Assembly (NCBI GenBank): GCA_016748015.1
Contig: JAAOMT010000664.1
Coordinates: 1,850,576 to 1,914,575 of the forward strand
Length of the DNA stretch: 64,000 bases
Reading direction: 5' to 3'
Origin: Geosiphon pyriformis uo1
Taxonomy: Eukaryota; Fungi; Glomeromycota
In this document: in pieces, positions 40,715 through 53,100 of the stretch
Layout: every line of letters starts with the position of its first letter
How positions within the stretch are numbered: the first letter of the stretch is position 1
Notes under the pieces: model-generated
The model's database searches: none
Told to the model about the DNA's origin: nothing
What the model saw: only the letters and a program-made list of their open reading frames with translations
Position numbers and translations under genes: made by a program

Positions 40715-41800
40715 ATAGCCCAAGATTCAATGTAAGTAAACATCCTGACCACTCTTCAAGGCATACAAACTGCTTTGGGATGAAGAAACAACACCCTACT
40801 ACCATTATTCAAAGACAATGCACAAGATTCAATTGAATAATTGGATGACTTTGAAAGAGCTGCTACAGCCAACCAATACGATGATGAATACAAGTTTCAA
40901 ATTGTTGGTGGCTACCTCCAAGGCTCTCCTGCTACCTGGTTTTCACAGGAAACTGATGCTAATGCCCATCAAAAAATTATTAGATAGATGCCAGCAAATG
41001 CTGGAGAAAACAACACCTCTTTCACAACCCAGTTTGAAAACAAGTTCAGAACCCCAATCTTGATATCCAAATGGCGCATGGAATTAGAAAAAAGAACTCA
41101 AGGCCCTGGTGAAATTGTAACTGAATATGCTAAAGCAATCAGAAAGTTAATCAAGTGTGTAGACTCTGGAAGAAATTGAACAGAAAAACAAAAAATTCAT
41201 TCTTTTACAAAAAGATTGAGAACCAATTTATCTTATGCTCTTTGGCCTTTTTTGGCTCTGAAAGACAATCCTACAATGAACATGGCCATTGAACTTGCCC
41301 AACAAATTGAAGACAACCAAAGAATACATTTGGGATCTACACTTCCAGTTTTTGCTTTTGCTCTTGTCATGGCTCCTGCCCCTCAAATGGCTGCTGCCTC
41401 TTTTGCTGCTCAAACTTAAGATCCAAATAAACAATTAATTAATAGACTCACAGCCAATCTTGCCTGGTTATTAGAACCTTTGGCACAAGTGGTTAGAGAT
41501 AACCAACAACTACAAAGACCCAAATATAAACCATGTTTTAATCAGCCCCAGCAACCTCCTTATCAAAGACAACAAAATTGTGGTCCTCCTGTATATTATA
41601 GATGTGGATTAACTGGACATTTCTCAAGAAATTGCAACAATCCTCTTTTATCTCCTTCAGTCCCCAGAAATAATGATAATCAAAACAATAGACCCATCAA
41701 CAATAATGCTCCTAATTAAAGACCCAACTATGCCAACATCAATTTCTTTGGAGAGGATCCTCTAGTTGAAGCCACAATTTATCAGCTTTTAAACTGGTAG
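40715..41800 (+). pseudogene. gypsy-2 gag (capsid-like + zinc knuckle), disrupted
   Basis: RTQGPGEIVTEYAKAIRKLI, YYRCGLTGHFSRNC knuckle. Frame ends at TAG 41798-41800 after a slippery heptamer. Start position approximate. Confidence 0.8.
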
Positions 41801-43563
41801 GTGTACCTCCAAAGGGTGAGAGTACAAGCCAACCAGAAAAAAACCTCTTTTTTGCTTTTAACTTAACTAATAATGACCATAACATAGATGAATTAGCTAT
41901 CAACACTTCTGAATCAACCAGAAAAAAGAAGAAAGCCAAGGTTGATTTCGTTCTAGATCTCAACAAAGTTTTAACTTCCACTGCTAATAACAATAAGCCA
42001 CCAAAAGCCAAAATTTTTAAGAATCCTCCAAAGTTGGAACCCCCAGAAATTGTACAAAAATCTGGACCCTATTTTGTTGTCAAAGATCTCATGGAAACCC
42101 CAGCACACATTACCTTTGGCCAGTTAATGATCCATCCACAGTTCAGAAAAGATCTCCGCAAATCTTTAATTCCCAAGAAAAAAACACCAAAGATCAATAA
42201 ACACCTTTGCCAAGCTGGACTTGCTGACAACAGCAATGTCATTTCTCTAATTTGCAAAGCACAAGTGGCTGGTTACTTCATTGACTTGATCCTAGACAGT
42301 GGATTATCTGTTAGTGTAATTGCCAAACACTTCCTTGAAGCAATTGGCAGAAAAATTGATGAGCCTTTCACCTGACCAATGACCAACATACATGGTGACA
42401 AGAAGAAAAATCTGGGCATTGCTAAAGCTATTCCTGTCTGCATCAATGGCATCAGTATTGAAACTGACATGGAAGTTTCTGAAGCTAAAGAATACACCAT
42501 TATTGTTGGTAATGAATGATTCAAGAAAGTAAAAGCCTTACTCAACTATGAACTTTGTGAACTAACCATAAGATGTGGTGAAAAACCCATTGTGGTTAAA
42601 TGTTGCCATTGGACAACTCCTCTAGCAACCAAACAAAATCAAGAAAATAAGCAATTAGAGGAATCAGATGATGAAGAGAGTGATGAAGAAAATGAACAAA
42701 AAGAACAAGAAGAAACTGCTGAACTCGTCTACACCACTTTCACCAGCAATGGCAAGCCACTAGACAATGTTAAAGCTGATAAAAAGGGAATCATTGTAAA
42801 TGGCAAGCTGATCTGCTGGCTTTACTATGATATCCTTAGAAGAACCTTTGACCAAAAACCTGGCAAGAAAGCCAAGTACTATTATTGGTGACATGGTCTT
42901 TGTGCCCGGTGCTGGTGTAACCAACTCTTGTATTCTCCAAGTAATGAATACAAATCATGTCTGATCTATTACAAAGATTAGAAACCAATCAGTTTGATAC
43001 CTAGAGAAGAATTGAAAGAAGTCCAAAAGTCCTTTGAAAATAAACCACCTGAGATCCAATTACTAGTTGTAGAAGAAAGAGAACTCTCTCCAGAAGAAAG
43101 AAAAATAGACATTGAAAATCTGCTGGCTAGAAACAGCCCAGTTATCTCAAAAGAAGGTGATACCCCTGGATGAACTCATGTGATACAACACACCATCACC
43201 ATCAGAGAAACTTGCCCCATCCATCTAAAGCCATATCAATTCAATTGCTGCAATGATGAATTTATCAAGAAAAAAATAAAATGAATGAAAGATTTTGGAT
43301 TCATACAAGAAACCAAGAGTAAATAGACTTTCTCAGTTGTAGTGGTATCTAAGAAAGGTAAAATCCTGTACTTTTGTGTCGATTATTGCCAATTAAATGC
43401 CATTACTGAAAAAGACATGTACCTACTTCCCAAAATTGATGCAATGCTAGATCAATTCAAAGGTGCTGCTTTCTTCTCAACCATTGATCTAACTGCTGGA
43501 TTTTGGCAAGTAGAGATGGATCCAGAAAGTCAGAAGAAAACTGCCTTTATAACCAAGTATGGC
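41788..43563 (+). pseudogene. gypsy-2 pol fragment (aspartic protease, acidic/Cys-rich linker, truncated RT) in -1 frame
   Basis: LILDSGLS (~42285); RT N-terminus FCVDYCQLN…FSTIDLTAGFWQV…KTAFITKYG, after which homology stops. No YxDD, RNase H or integrase. Confidence 0.88.
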
Positions 43564-43967
43564 ACCAATATTTGCACCTTTTATCACAATTGGAAAAACA
43601 ATTAAAAAAATCTTGCCTATAGACAAAAACTTGTCATATGGAAGACAACTAGAACTCTATGGTCACCTTGGTGAAATCATAAAAGACATGAAGCTCATGA
43701 AGAAAACAACTTCTAAGATACAAGTGGAAATTTTGGACATTGTATGATTAGATGTCCCAAGAGTTTTGACCATTGCAAAAAGAGCCAAAACTCATATACA
43801 AAGATTTGGTCTCTTGAACACAAAGCTTATTTCATCTCAAGTTTTATATACTTTATCCACAAAAAACTTTAACAAACTAGTTAGTTTTGAGTTAGATAAA
43901 ACTCTTCAAATAGAGTATCCCTAAATAGTTTGATTTCGCCAAAGCTCAATTTCTTTGGAGAGGATAA
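43559..43967 (+). pseudogene. Unassigned 3' accessory ORF of gypsy-2
   Basis: ORF 43559-43747 continues past one TGA (likely CGA) as LDVPRVLTIAKRAKTHIQRFG…SSQVLYTLSTKNFNKL. The DFAKAQF motif before the PPT is in a shifted frame. Confidence 0.55.
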
Positions 43968-44645
43968 TGTTATGGTTGAAACTCATAGTTTTTATTAGTT
44001 ATTATATGTATTAGCCACTGATGTCATATAATTAGCCACCCTATTTTTAAATAGTAATCATTGATCTGATCATTGACCTAATCATTAACCTAATTATTGA
44101 CCTGATCATTGACCTGATCATTGACTACTTTTGATAGCTATATAAGCAATGAATCTCTTAGCTGTAGAAAGGCATGTAATAACAAGTATCTAAATAATCA
44201 AAAATAAATAAAATAACAACTTTCATCTCAATCCTTCTCTTATCACTAATTTTCCTTTTCCTACCTTCAAGTATCTGAATATCTTAAAGATAAAAAATTA
44301 CTTGTTGGCCTTTTTTTGACATATATAATTGTAGCATTTGAATAAACGTGACTAAAAAGCACAAGTTGATACCTGATATTGAATTCTAAGAGTGCTGATG
44401 TGAGGCATAAAATTATACCAGTGATGATCAATTGTTGACAGTATGGACTATCCCTCTATCTTCAGATTCTCCAGTTACTTTTGAAAAGAATAGCGACTAA
44501 GATATTTTATGAGACTGATCTCGCACATTGAATCCATACTCATTCAATTCGCTCTTTAAAGTTGAATTCCCCTTTGATTATTTCCATCACCCTACAATCC
44601 TGTTTTCTCTTGCTATCCATTAGCTTGTTACTCCAACCCATAACA
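43968..44645 (+). repeat. 3' LTR of gypsy-2 (678 bp), preceded by PPT GGAGAGGATAA
   Basis: TGTTATGGTTG…CCATAACA; contains 6 copies of a 12-bp GATCATTGACCT unit versus 2 in the 5' LTR. Confidence 0.95.
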
Positions 44646-47600
44646 CCAGTATCAAGAAAATCTGTATCCAAACCAGATGTAAAAATTTGAACTTCATCAA
44701 ATTTGTTTATAATTCACAGCTTAATACCAGACCTTAATTTTGTTTCAGTAACAATAAAAACCATATTACTTAACTCTATATACCAATGAACAACATTTTT
44801 CTGTTTTGTAGGAACATTAATATTTCTAATATTGTAAGTAGTAAATTTTCACACCAGATCTGTTATTAAGAAGGATGAACAATAAAAACCAGACTAGCAT
44901 TGTCCATTTTAGCTAACAGTTCTATAATTGTAACTAACAGATTGTTCAAAGTGTTTTTCAGTTTTGAAATAACTGATGAATCAAAGCCAACTGTATTTTC
45001 AATAGTTTTATTACTAGTGGTTATACTTGAATCCTTACTTATTACTATATTTGCTCTTTAATTTTGTAAAAAAGAAATTACCAATAGTTAATGTCTAAGG
45101 CTAAGTTAGAAAACCATTGGTCTAAGTGTGTTCAATCTTTTAGCCAACTTGTCAACATATTTAGTGAAACTGGCAAAACTACACTTAAGAGCAGCAAACC
45201 TATTATTTAATTCTATAGACATCAGTGGAGTAGGTTTTATTTATGAAGAGAAACCAGAATCAACTAAGCCATTTCATGTAAAAAGAGGAAAGAAAAAAAC
45301 CCACCAACAATCTTGGCCCAAAAAACACCACTAAAAAAAACAGAACAGACAATTAGTCCTAAACATTTAGCATAGATAGCTGCCAACCTGCTTTTATCTA
45401 TGTCTAACAATGTTTTATAATAAGAGTAACCAAAGAAAAAATTCTCATTTACAAAACAACCCAAAGATGTATGCTTCAAATTCTTACACTTCATATATTT
45501 AGCAGATTCCAGACAAAACCAGCATAAATTGATGCTTTTTAGCACAGATGTGGTTGCCATAGCAGCCTTCAATAAATCAACAGAGTCAAAATACACAATT
45601 GTACATCTGGCCCAAGCATATGTAACTGGATAATGATCAATAACACAAGTTTTCCTGTCCACTAAAATAACATAATTTCAAATATTGTGTGTATTGGTTT
45701 TCACTGGCAAGATATACAACAAAGCTTTATGATTGTTTTTAGTATTCCATGATTCTTTGTTTATATTAGTTCTAGCAACACATACAACATCTTTTTTGAT
45801 TAAAACAAACCATTTAACTGTGACCAAATCAACATAATCTAATTGCTCAAACTTCATCACAGCTTTTTGCCACAGCCTTATCAATTATATGTTGATTGAC
45901 TTAATTATTCCAAACACAGACAGTGCAGCATGCACAGCTTTAGCCAATGTCCCAATTAGGATTTTTTTTACAACTACAGTTCAATCTGAACATTTAGTAA
46001 ATTTTTTAAGATCAATATTTATTGTAATCTTCATATTCTTAGCCATATTAGAAGCTTAAACCAAGCTTAATTCAGAAGTAAATATTGTTCAGATGATTCC
46101 AGAAAATTTTAAGTAAGTAGAAGCCCTTTCCAAAACCATTGATTTTTGAAAATAATTTCCTAACCACTACCAGCTTTTTTTGAAAAGATTTCACAATCAT
46201 CTTATTTAAGCCAATATCCAAAGTAAAAGATTCATGTACAGAAATGTTGACTAAATTCTTTAAGAGAAAGGAGAGTTCCAAAGAAGCATTTAAAAGAACA
46301 TTATTATTAATACCATTACTTGAAAAATTAATTTTCTTCAATGGTTTACCCAATGTTTTCTTGATTTTGACCCATAAACTTTTAAATGTCTAATCAGAAT
46401 CTTTACCAACATAAATATTACTCTCACTAGAATCAAAACTAATTTTTTCTATCAGACACTCTTCTTCTATATCAATACTATCAAACTTGGTGGTGTTATC
46501 AGTTTTTGAACCTTATAAATAACCACTTTGCACTCTAGTTGAATCTTTTTTGTCATTGATGCCATCTTCTAGAACACCATCTCTTCTTTTTTTTCTTGAC
46601 AAAATGGTCTTAAAACCACTACTAAAGCCAGAATTTTTAACAGCTTTTTTCATAACAGCAATACTAAGGCCAACAATGGCCTTATAGTCAAGCAAAAATA
46701 GTTTTAATTTATTGTACTAAATAGTTAAAAACTTCTTTCAAAAAACTTTTTGATTCTTTTTGGGAGTTTGGAACAAAGAAGAGAAAAAAATTAATTTAAT
46801 TAATAGCTATTTTGTTTTTTTAATTAGTGTATTAGTAATGTCTTTTTTTTATTAATAAATTAGTAATTTTTGTTGCTAAAAAAAAATTATATTAGTATTT
46901 AAGCATATTATTTTTATAAAAGATTTATTCAAACTTAACATGGCCAAAACTTATTTTAATGTAAAATTTTTTGTTAATATAGTTTAAAAAAAACAATTTT
47001 AAATAAATAATTTAAATATTTATTATTTATTATTTTATAATTAATTATTAATTATAGGTCTTAATTTAGTTTTGTGTTTAAGAATATATGTTTAAAATAA
47101 AATTTAATAATTTAAAAAATTTAAAATTTAAAGCTGATTTATCAAAAAAAATTTTAAGTAAATCTTTGTATTATTATTTTTGGATAATTTAAAATTTTTT
47201 ACTTAAGTTTAGATTAAAAATAAAGTTGTTTTTTGTTGATCTTTTTAAATATTTTAAGTATTATAAATTATTTGTTTAATTATTGGTTTTTAGATTTGTA
47301 AGTATTAAATTAGATTTTTAAAAACTTATTGCAATTTTTTATTAGATTGTATATTAATTTAGTTAATAATTTTTTGGCTAAAGTTATAAAAATTTATTAA
47401 ATTATAAAATATTTTTTTTAAATAATTTGTCAAATGCTTTTTACTTGATTATTAATATGTTTATATTAAATATTTTAAATAATTTATTGTATTATAATAT
47501 TGTTAGTTTTTTAAAAAGATTTAATATAGTATTTAATAATTAGTTATTGAATAAAAAAGACTAAATTTTTGACTAAAATATTTTTTATTAGTAAAAATAT

Positions 47601-48203
47601 TTAGATTTATATAGTTTTATGTCTTTTTGATTTATGATTACTGTTAATTATTTTTATAAAAAAAGTTTACATATGGTTTTCTTATTGCTAAGTAAATATT
47701 AAATTATTAAAATGCTTTTAATTTAAATAATTTTTTAATAGTTAAGAAATATTTAATAAAAATTAATTTAAATATGATTAAAATTTACATTAAATGATTT
47801 TTTAAGAAATTTATATTTATATAATATTGCTTATAATACAAATTTTTTTTTTAAAAACTTGAATTTAAATATTGATATATAAGTTTTTGAATTGATTTTT
47901 TTAATTTTGATTAAATTACAAAAAATCACTTTGGCTTTTAAATATATTTTTAAGTATTTTAATATAATTATTTATTCTAATAATCAAGCTGTTTTTAATA
48001 TTTATACTAATAAATAATAGTAATTTGTTAAATAATTATAACTAAAAAAAAGGATTTAGTATTATTAAGAACTTAAAACTCTTTTTTTCGTTGATCTCCC
48101 AGTCACAACGAGAGCTTTGAGTCGTCATTGAAATAGCCTTCCTTTTCCTTTTTCCTTTCGATTCTCTCCAGTTATTTCTTCAGACATTCCCCTTTTTGTA
48201 GCT

Positions 48204-50159
48204 ATGGAACTGGTAGGCTTTGCTGCTAGTGGTTCTGGGTCCATTTCGGCTGGGTTGGGGACCCAGTCTGGTGTCAAAAATAAGTGTTCGGTTGGTCCTC
48301 AATCTCACAGTGCGTCCTATAAGAAGCCGAAGAAACCTATGGTGGTTGACGGTTTGGTGGAGTCATCTGCTGGTGTTTCGAACGTTATGGATGAAAGTGG
48401 TGACGGACCTGACATTGGATGATCATGGACTAGCGAGGTCAACAGCGAAGTGGACAGTGTAAGTGGCATCTCGGACTTGGATAACTTGGAAAACGTCGTC
48501 GCTGAGGAAACTAGCTATGCAGAGTCGGATGTTTCAGGTTTGGATGACGACATGAATGATGTCACACCAAGGAAGACATGTACCCGCACCTATGTTCTAA
48601 ACAGTAAGCCGCCACCTCTCTCTTTCAACGTTCTAAGTGATGGTAAAGACATTTTGCCTCTTCCGAGTTCTAAATTTTGTGGGTCCAATCGCCTTCCTCC
48701 AGTCAGGTCACGTGCACTAGAGAAACGGAGTTTTAATTCGTCAAAATCGTTTGCATTGGATATTGAACTTTCTGCTGTTCCTGGAAAAACTGTTAGTGAT
48801 AAGTTGATTTATATGAAAAAAATTTTTTATCAAGTTGATGGTTTTAAGAGGGCTTTGACTCCTTTAAAATTTCTTGGGATAATTAAGTCATTATTTACAT
48901 CTGAACAAAGTTTGATTAAGGCAAGGGTTATGGCAATCAGTAAAAAAATTTTGGTAAATGATGATCTAAGGAAAGTAAACAGCCGTTCGGATCGGGAAGT
49001 GATCATCAAGGAAATCCCAGTAGATCTTCCCAAATTGGCGATTGAGACAGTGTTCTCCAAGTTTGGCAAAATTATTTCAATCAAAGTGCAGCTTATTGGT
49101 CTTTGGCAAAAGGCCCTAGTGGAATATGAATCATCTGAGATAGCTGATTTGGTCACGGTTAGATGGTCTGTGCTCATGGAAAAAGATTCTGTTCACATAG
49201 CAAAGGCAAGTGTTGATAAACAAACATGGGTATCTAGAGATCAGCATCGGGCATTGCTTTACACTCTTCCAGTTGGCACCACTGCCCATGATTTGTCTGC
49301 TTTAGTGGAGCCCTATGGTGAGAAAACTTGTTTTATTGGCCATAATCCATTTTCATATGTTCATGATTAGTGTGCTGTAATTTGTTTTGAAAGTGAGGCA
49401 TCTAAGTTGGCTGCTATTGGTTCGATTCCAGTTTTCAAAGGTGTGGACTTGCACTGAGCTGGTCTTTCTTTGGCCAGTTGTGCTCATTGCAAACTGTTTG
49501 GTCATACTGCTGTTGATTGCTCTGTTGGTAGGAGGTTTGGTGGTCGTGGAAAACGTGTGGCGACTTCTCAAGATAGGGTATAATTGGCCAATATTTATAG
49601 AAAGAAGCAGGCACCAATTGTCTGCCCAGTTTTTTTTGGTGGAAAGACATGGGCTCAAGTGGCAGACAGCTCTCCCTCTCGTGTTGTCTCTTCAAGTGCT
49701 TCTGGTGTTGGTTTGATCTCTGGTTCGAAGGTTTTCTCAATGGATCCCTCCTCATCTGGTGCTGCTGATCTAGGTAGTTGCCTAGCTGTGCTGGAATGCT
49801 CCATGGAAATTCTCTCAGACCAAGTCTTGCTCATTTTAAAGAAATTAAGTTTCATTGACTTGGTGTCATTGGCGCCCTCTCCCTCAGCTCTTTCTTTGGT
49901 GTCTCCGACTGCCGTTGTTTCAGATATGGACTCAGGTTTGGCTTTGGATAGTACGTTGTTATCGTCTGCCTCTTCTCCTCCCAATGTTGGTGAGTCGATT
50001 GTTGATCTCAGTCCGAGCAGTTCTAAGGTTTTGACTGCCAAGGTTGGCAGTTTGGAGTCGAATATAGTGGCTCTTGAGGTTTCAGTTTGCTCAGTTTTGG
50101 ATAGATTAGATCATCTGCATTTTGGATCGGGTTCATTGGCTTTTCCTCCATCTCAATGA
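48204..50159 (+). pseudogene. LINE E ORF1 (RRM-like + CCHC), point-stop disrupted
   Basis: Fragments 48204, 48450 and 49584 share one frame. VIIKEIPVDLPKLAIETVFSKFGKII; CAHCKLFGHTAVDC. Confidence 0.9.
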
Positions 50160-53100
50160 GTAGTTTGGTTTGGAAGTTTGCTACATGCAATGTTCAGGGT
50201 ATCAATGTTCCTGCGAAGCAAGCAGATGTTGTTCGTTGGCATGTGAACTCAGGGAATATGGTTTTTTTTATCACTGAGACTAAGTTAAGGTCCTCTTCTG
50301 GGCCGTGGTTAAAGAACAAATTTGATGGAGTGCGAATATTTTCTTCTGGCTTGGATAAGGGTTTTATGGGTGCTGGGGTTGCAATTGTTATGAACATTTC
50401 TTTGGCCTGTCATGTATCTAAGGTGAAGAAGATTCCTGGTTAGATTATTTCTGTTCGGCTTCTGTTTAAGAGCAAGCTTTCGGTTACTGTTTTGGGGTTG
50501 TATGCTGGTGCCTCCTCTAGGGCTAGATTTGGTCAGACTTCTGAAGTTAACTCTCTTATTGCAAAGGCAGTCAACTCCAGCAATTTTGTTATCTTGGGTG
50601 GGGACTTTAATGAGAATGGATCTGGTTAAAGTGCTAGTTTCAAGTTTTGTTTGAGTTTGGGTTTGGTCAATTAATTTGTTGATCATTATTTGGCTAATTC
50701 TTATACGTGGAGCAATTCGAGAGGAGTTGGGAAAATGATTGATTACATTTTTGTTGGTAGTAATTTGTCTTCTACTGTTGCTGGTCATCAAGTTGTCTCT
50801 GTTTCAGATTTCTTTAACACCAATCACAAGACAGTTGTGGTTTCAGTCGGTTTGGGTGGGCTTTTAGATATACAATTGAATAGTTTGCGCAAGCAGGTGA
50901 ATAAAGATCGTTGGAAGTTCAAAATCAAGAATGCTGACTGTGTTGGATGGGCTAAGTTTAAGGATCTCTCGTCAGCTAAACTTTTGTTCTTGGGTGAGGT
51001 GTTCTCTGGTGCCAAAATACGTGGTGATGTGGATGCTATGTGGGCAGTTTTGGTGGGAGCTGTGGTGGATTCTGCTGATGTGACATTTTTGAGGCATTGG
51101 TTTAGTGAATTCAAATGTTCGAGGAACAAACATTCTTCTAGGTTTTTTGGTCTGGAATTGTTGGTGGCCAAGATTGTCAAGAAATTTTGCTCTGGTAACT
51201 TGCTGGGTGCTAATTGTCTTGTGAGTAAATGGTCGACTTTGGATGACATGAAGGCTCGTGCTTTTAAGGACTTGGTTGGCTTGGGTGTTAAATCTGATGT
51301 TGTTGTTAGGCATTTGTCATTGGTTTGCAGAGAGTACAGGAGGTCGAAAATGTTTGAGTCAAGGTTGGCTGAAGAAGCTTCAGTTAGAAAGACAATTGAG
51401 AAGCACATGGATAATTTCTGTTTTGATAAGGGTAGTATGATCAGGAGTGTGTTGGAAAAGTTTTTTTGCAAGGTGGTGTTGGATCACTTGATAGTTGATG
51501 ATGATCTGGTTTTGTTGCCTGAAGAGATGAAGTCCAGTGTGGATAGAATAATGGAGGGATGGACAAGGAAACGCTCTGTGCAGTCAGTGTTTCCTGGTCT
51601 TTAGGCTCGTCAATACGTGCCTTTGGACCATGTCCGGGATGATGCTTTTTCGGGTGTTATGAATGCAATCAGTATGGGCGAGTTACTTTCTGTTGTTGGT
51701 GGTCTTCCTAATGGCAAGGCTGCTGGTTTGTCTGGTGTTCCTATTGAGTTGTAGAAACATGGTAGTGAGGTGGTTTTGGGGTGCCTGTTGGCGCTGTTTA
51801 ATAAATGTTTGTCTGTTGGTGTGGTGCCTGTTTTGTGGAAGAGGGCTTGGGTGTCAATGATTTCTAAGCCTTATGACTGGAATGGAGTTCTTACGAACAC
51901 TTGGCCCATTGTTTTGATTGAGACTGCCAGGAAGATTCTTTCCAAGATTTTGTCTGATCGTATTGCAATGGCTTGTAGCAAGTTTAATGTTCTTCAGGGT
52001 GACAACTTTTCGGTGCTGAAGGGTATGTCAACACAATCTCCGGTGTTTGCTGTCGGGTCAGTGATTGAGGATGCCATTGAGAAAAATAGGGAGTTATGAT
52101 TGGTCTTGCAAAATATGCGGAAAGCTTACGATTCAGTTGGGTGGCATCATTTGAAAGCTAGTTTGCGGCATGTCAAGATGTGTGAGAGGTTCATAAGATT
52201 TTTTGGTAGTATTCATGAGGATAGAGTTAATAGGGTGATAACTGACTTTGGTTTGTCTGGTGGTTATAAGGTGCATGATGGGCTGGACCAGGGTGAGGTC
52301 TTTTCACCACTTCTTTGGAGAATTTTTTATGATCCGCTTTTGTGTGAGGTTAAAAGGCACGAACAATTGTGTGAGTACCGGATTGATACTAAGTTTGTTT
52401 CAAAATCTGGCAGAATTGAGAGTGGTGGTGGTATGACATCATATTTTTCGGCTGGTGCGTTTGTTGATGATACGATCTGAGTTGGAAATTGTCAAGCTTC
52501 TACTCAATATGCTCTGAACATTGCCAGTGAATTTTTTGTGATCAATGATATTTCTATTAATAGTGAGAAGATGGTAGCTATTCCCATCAATCAAGGCGTT
52601 AAAGTTGCTTCACTGAACATTTGTGGTCAGCCAATTTCTGTTGCCAAGAAAGGGGAAGCACATCAGTATCTGGGTATTTTTCTGTCAACTGAAGGGCTCT
52701 CCAAGCCAAGTGTTGCCAAGACTTATGTGGATGTACATTTCTTCGCCAATGTTGTGCTTAGGAAGGCTATTACAGACAAACAATTCTCTTATCTAGTGTC
52801 AGCTGTTTTGCAGCCTATTGTTAGCTATCGTATTCAGTTCAGTTTTGTCTCATCTAATGTTTGTCGCAAGTGGGATGTCTTGATTAGAAAGGGTCTTAGG
52901 TCCAAGACTTGTCTCCCCCGTGATTTTCCTGACGCTGCTTTGCATCATCCCTCATTGTATAGCCTAAAGCCTTTTGAGCAGATGCAGTCAGAAGGGAAGG
53001 TTGCTGCTTTGATGGCATTCTCTAATGCCTTTGGTATTCTTGGGCGTTTGTTTAGACATAGGTTTTTGGACCTACAGGTTCTTGGTTGGGCTCCTTTGGA

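Larger units (their letters stand above)
39557..44645 (+). mobile_element. Ty3/gypsy LTR retrotransposon gypsy-2, internally deleted (non-autonomous)
   Basis: LTRs TG…CA, TSD CCAG (39553-39556 / 44646-44649), PBS, PPT. Gag, knuckle, protease and only the N-terminal part of RT are present. Confidence 0.95.
34947..46819 (-). mobile_element. LINE copy C (moderately decayed, full-length), interrupted by gypsy-2
   Basis: T-run tail at 34947-34956, candidate TSD TTAATTAG (34939-34946 / 46820-46827). ORF1 remnant ~46690-44863. ORF2 44866-35084 with APE (split at 39557-44649), RT, RNase H (VYTDGSL…ELQAIVLAL…DSQ) and CLLC…DHIFIC. Confidence 0.88.

Noticed and set aside
48085-48135. HDV-like ribozyme in LINE E 5'UTR
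   Set aside because: Only a short CGTTG/CAACG hairpin is visible; the nested double-pseudoknot pairing could not be built and it is not evident in copy B.
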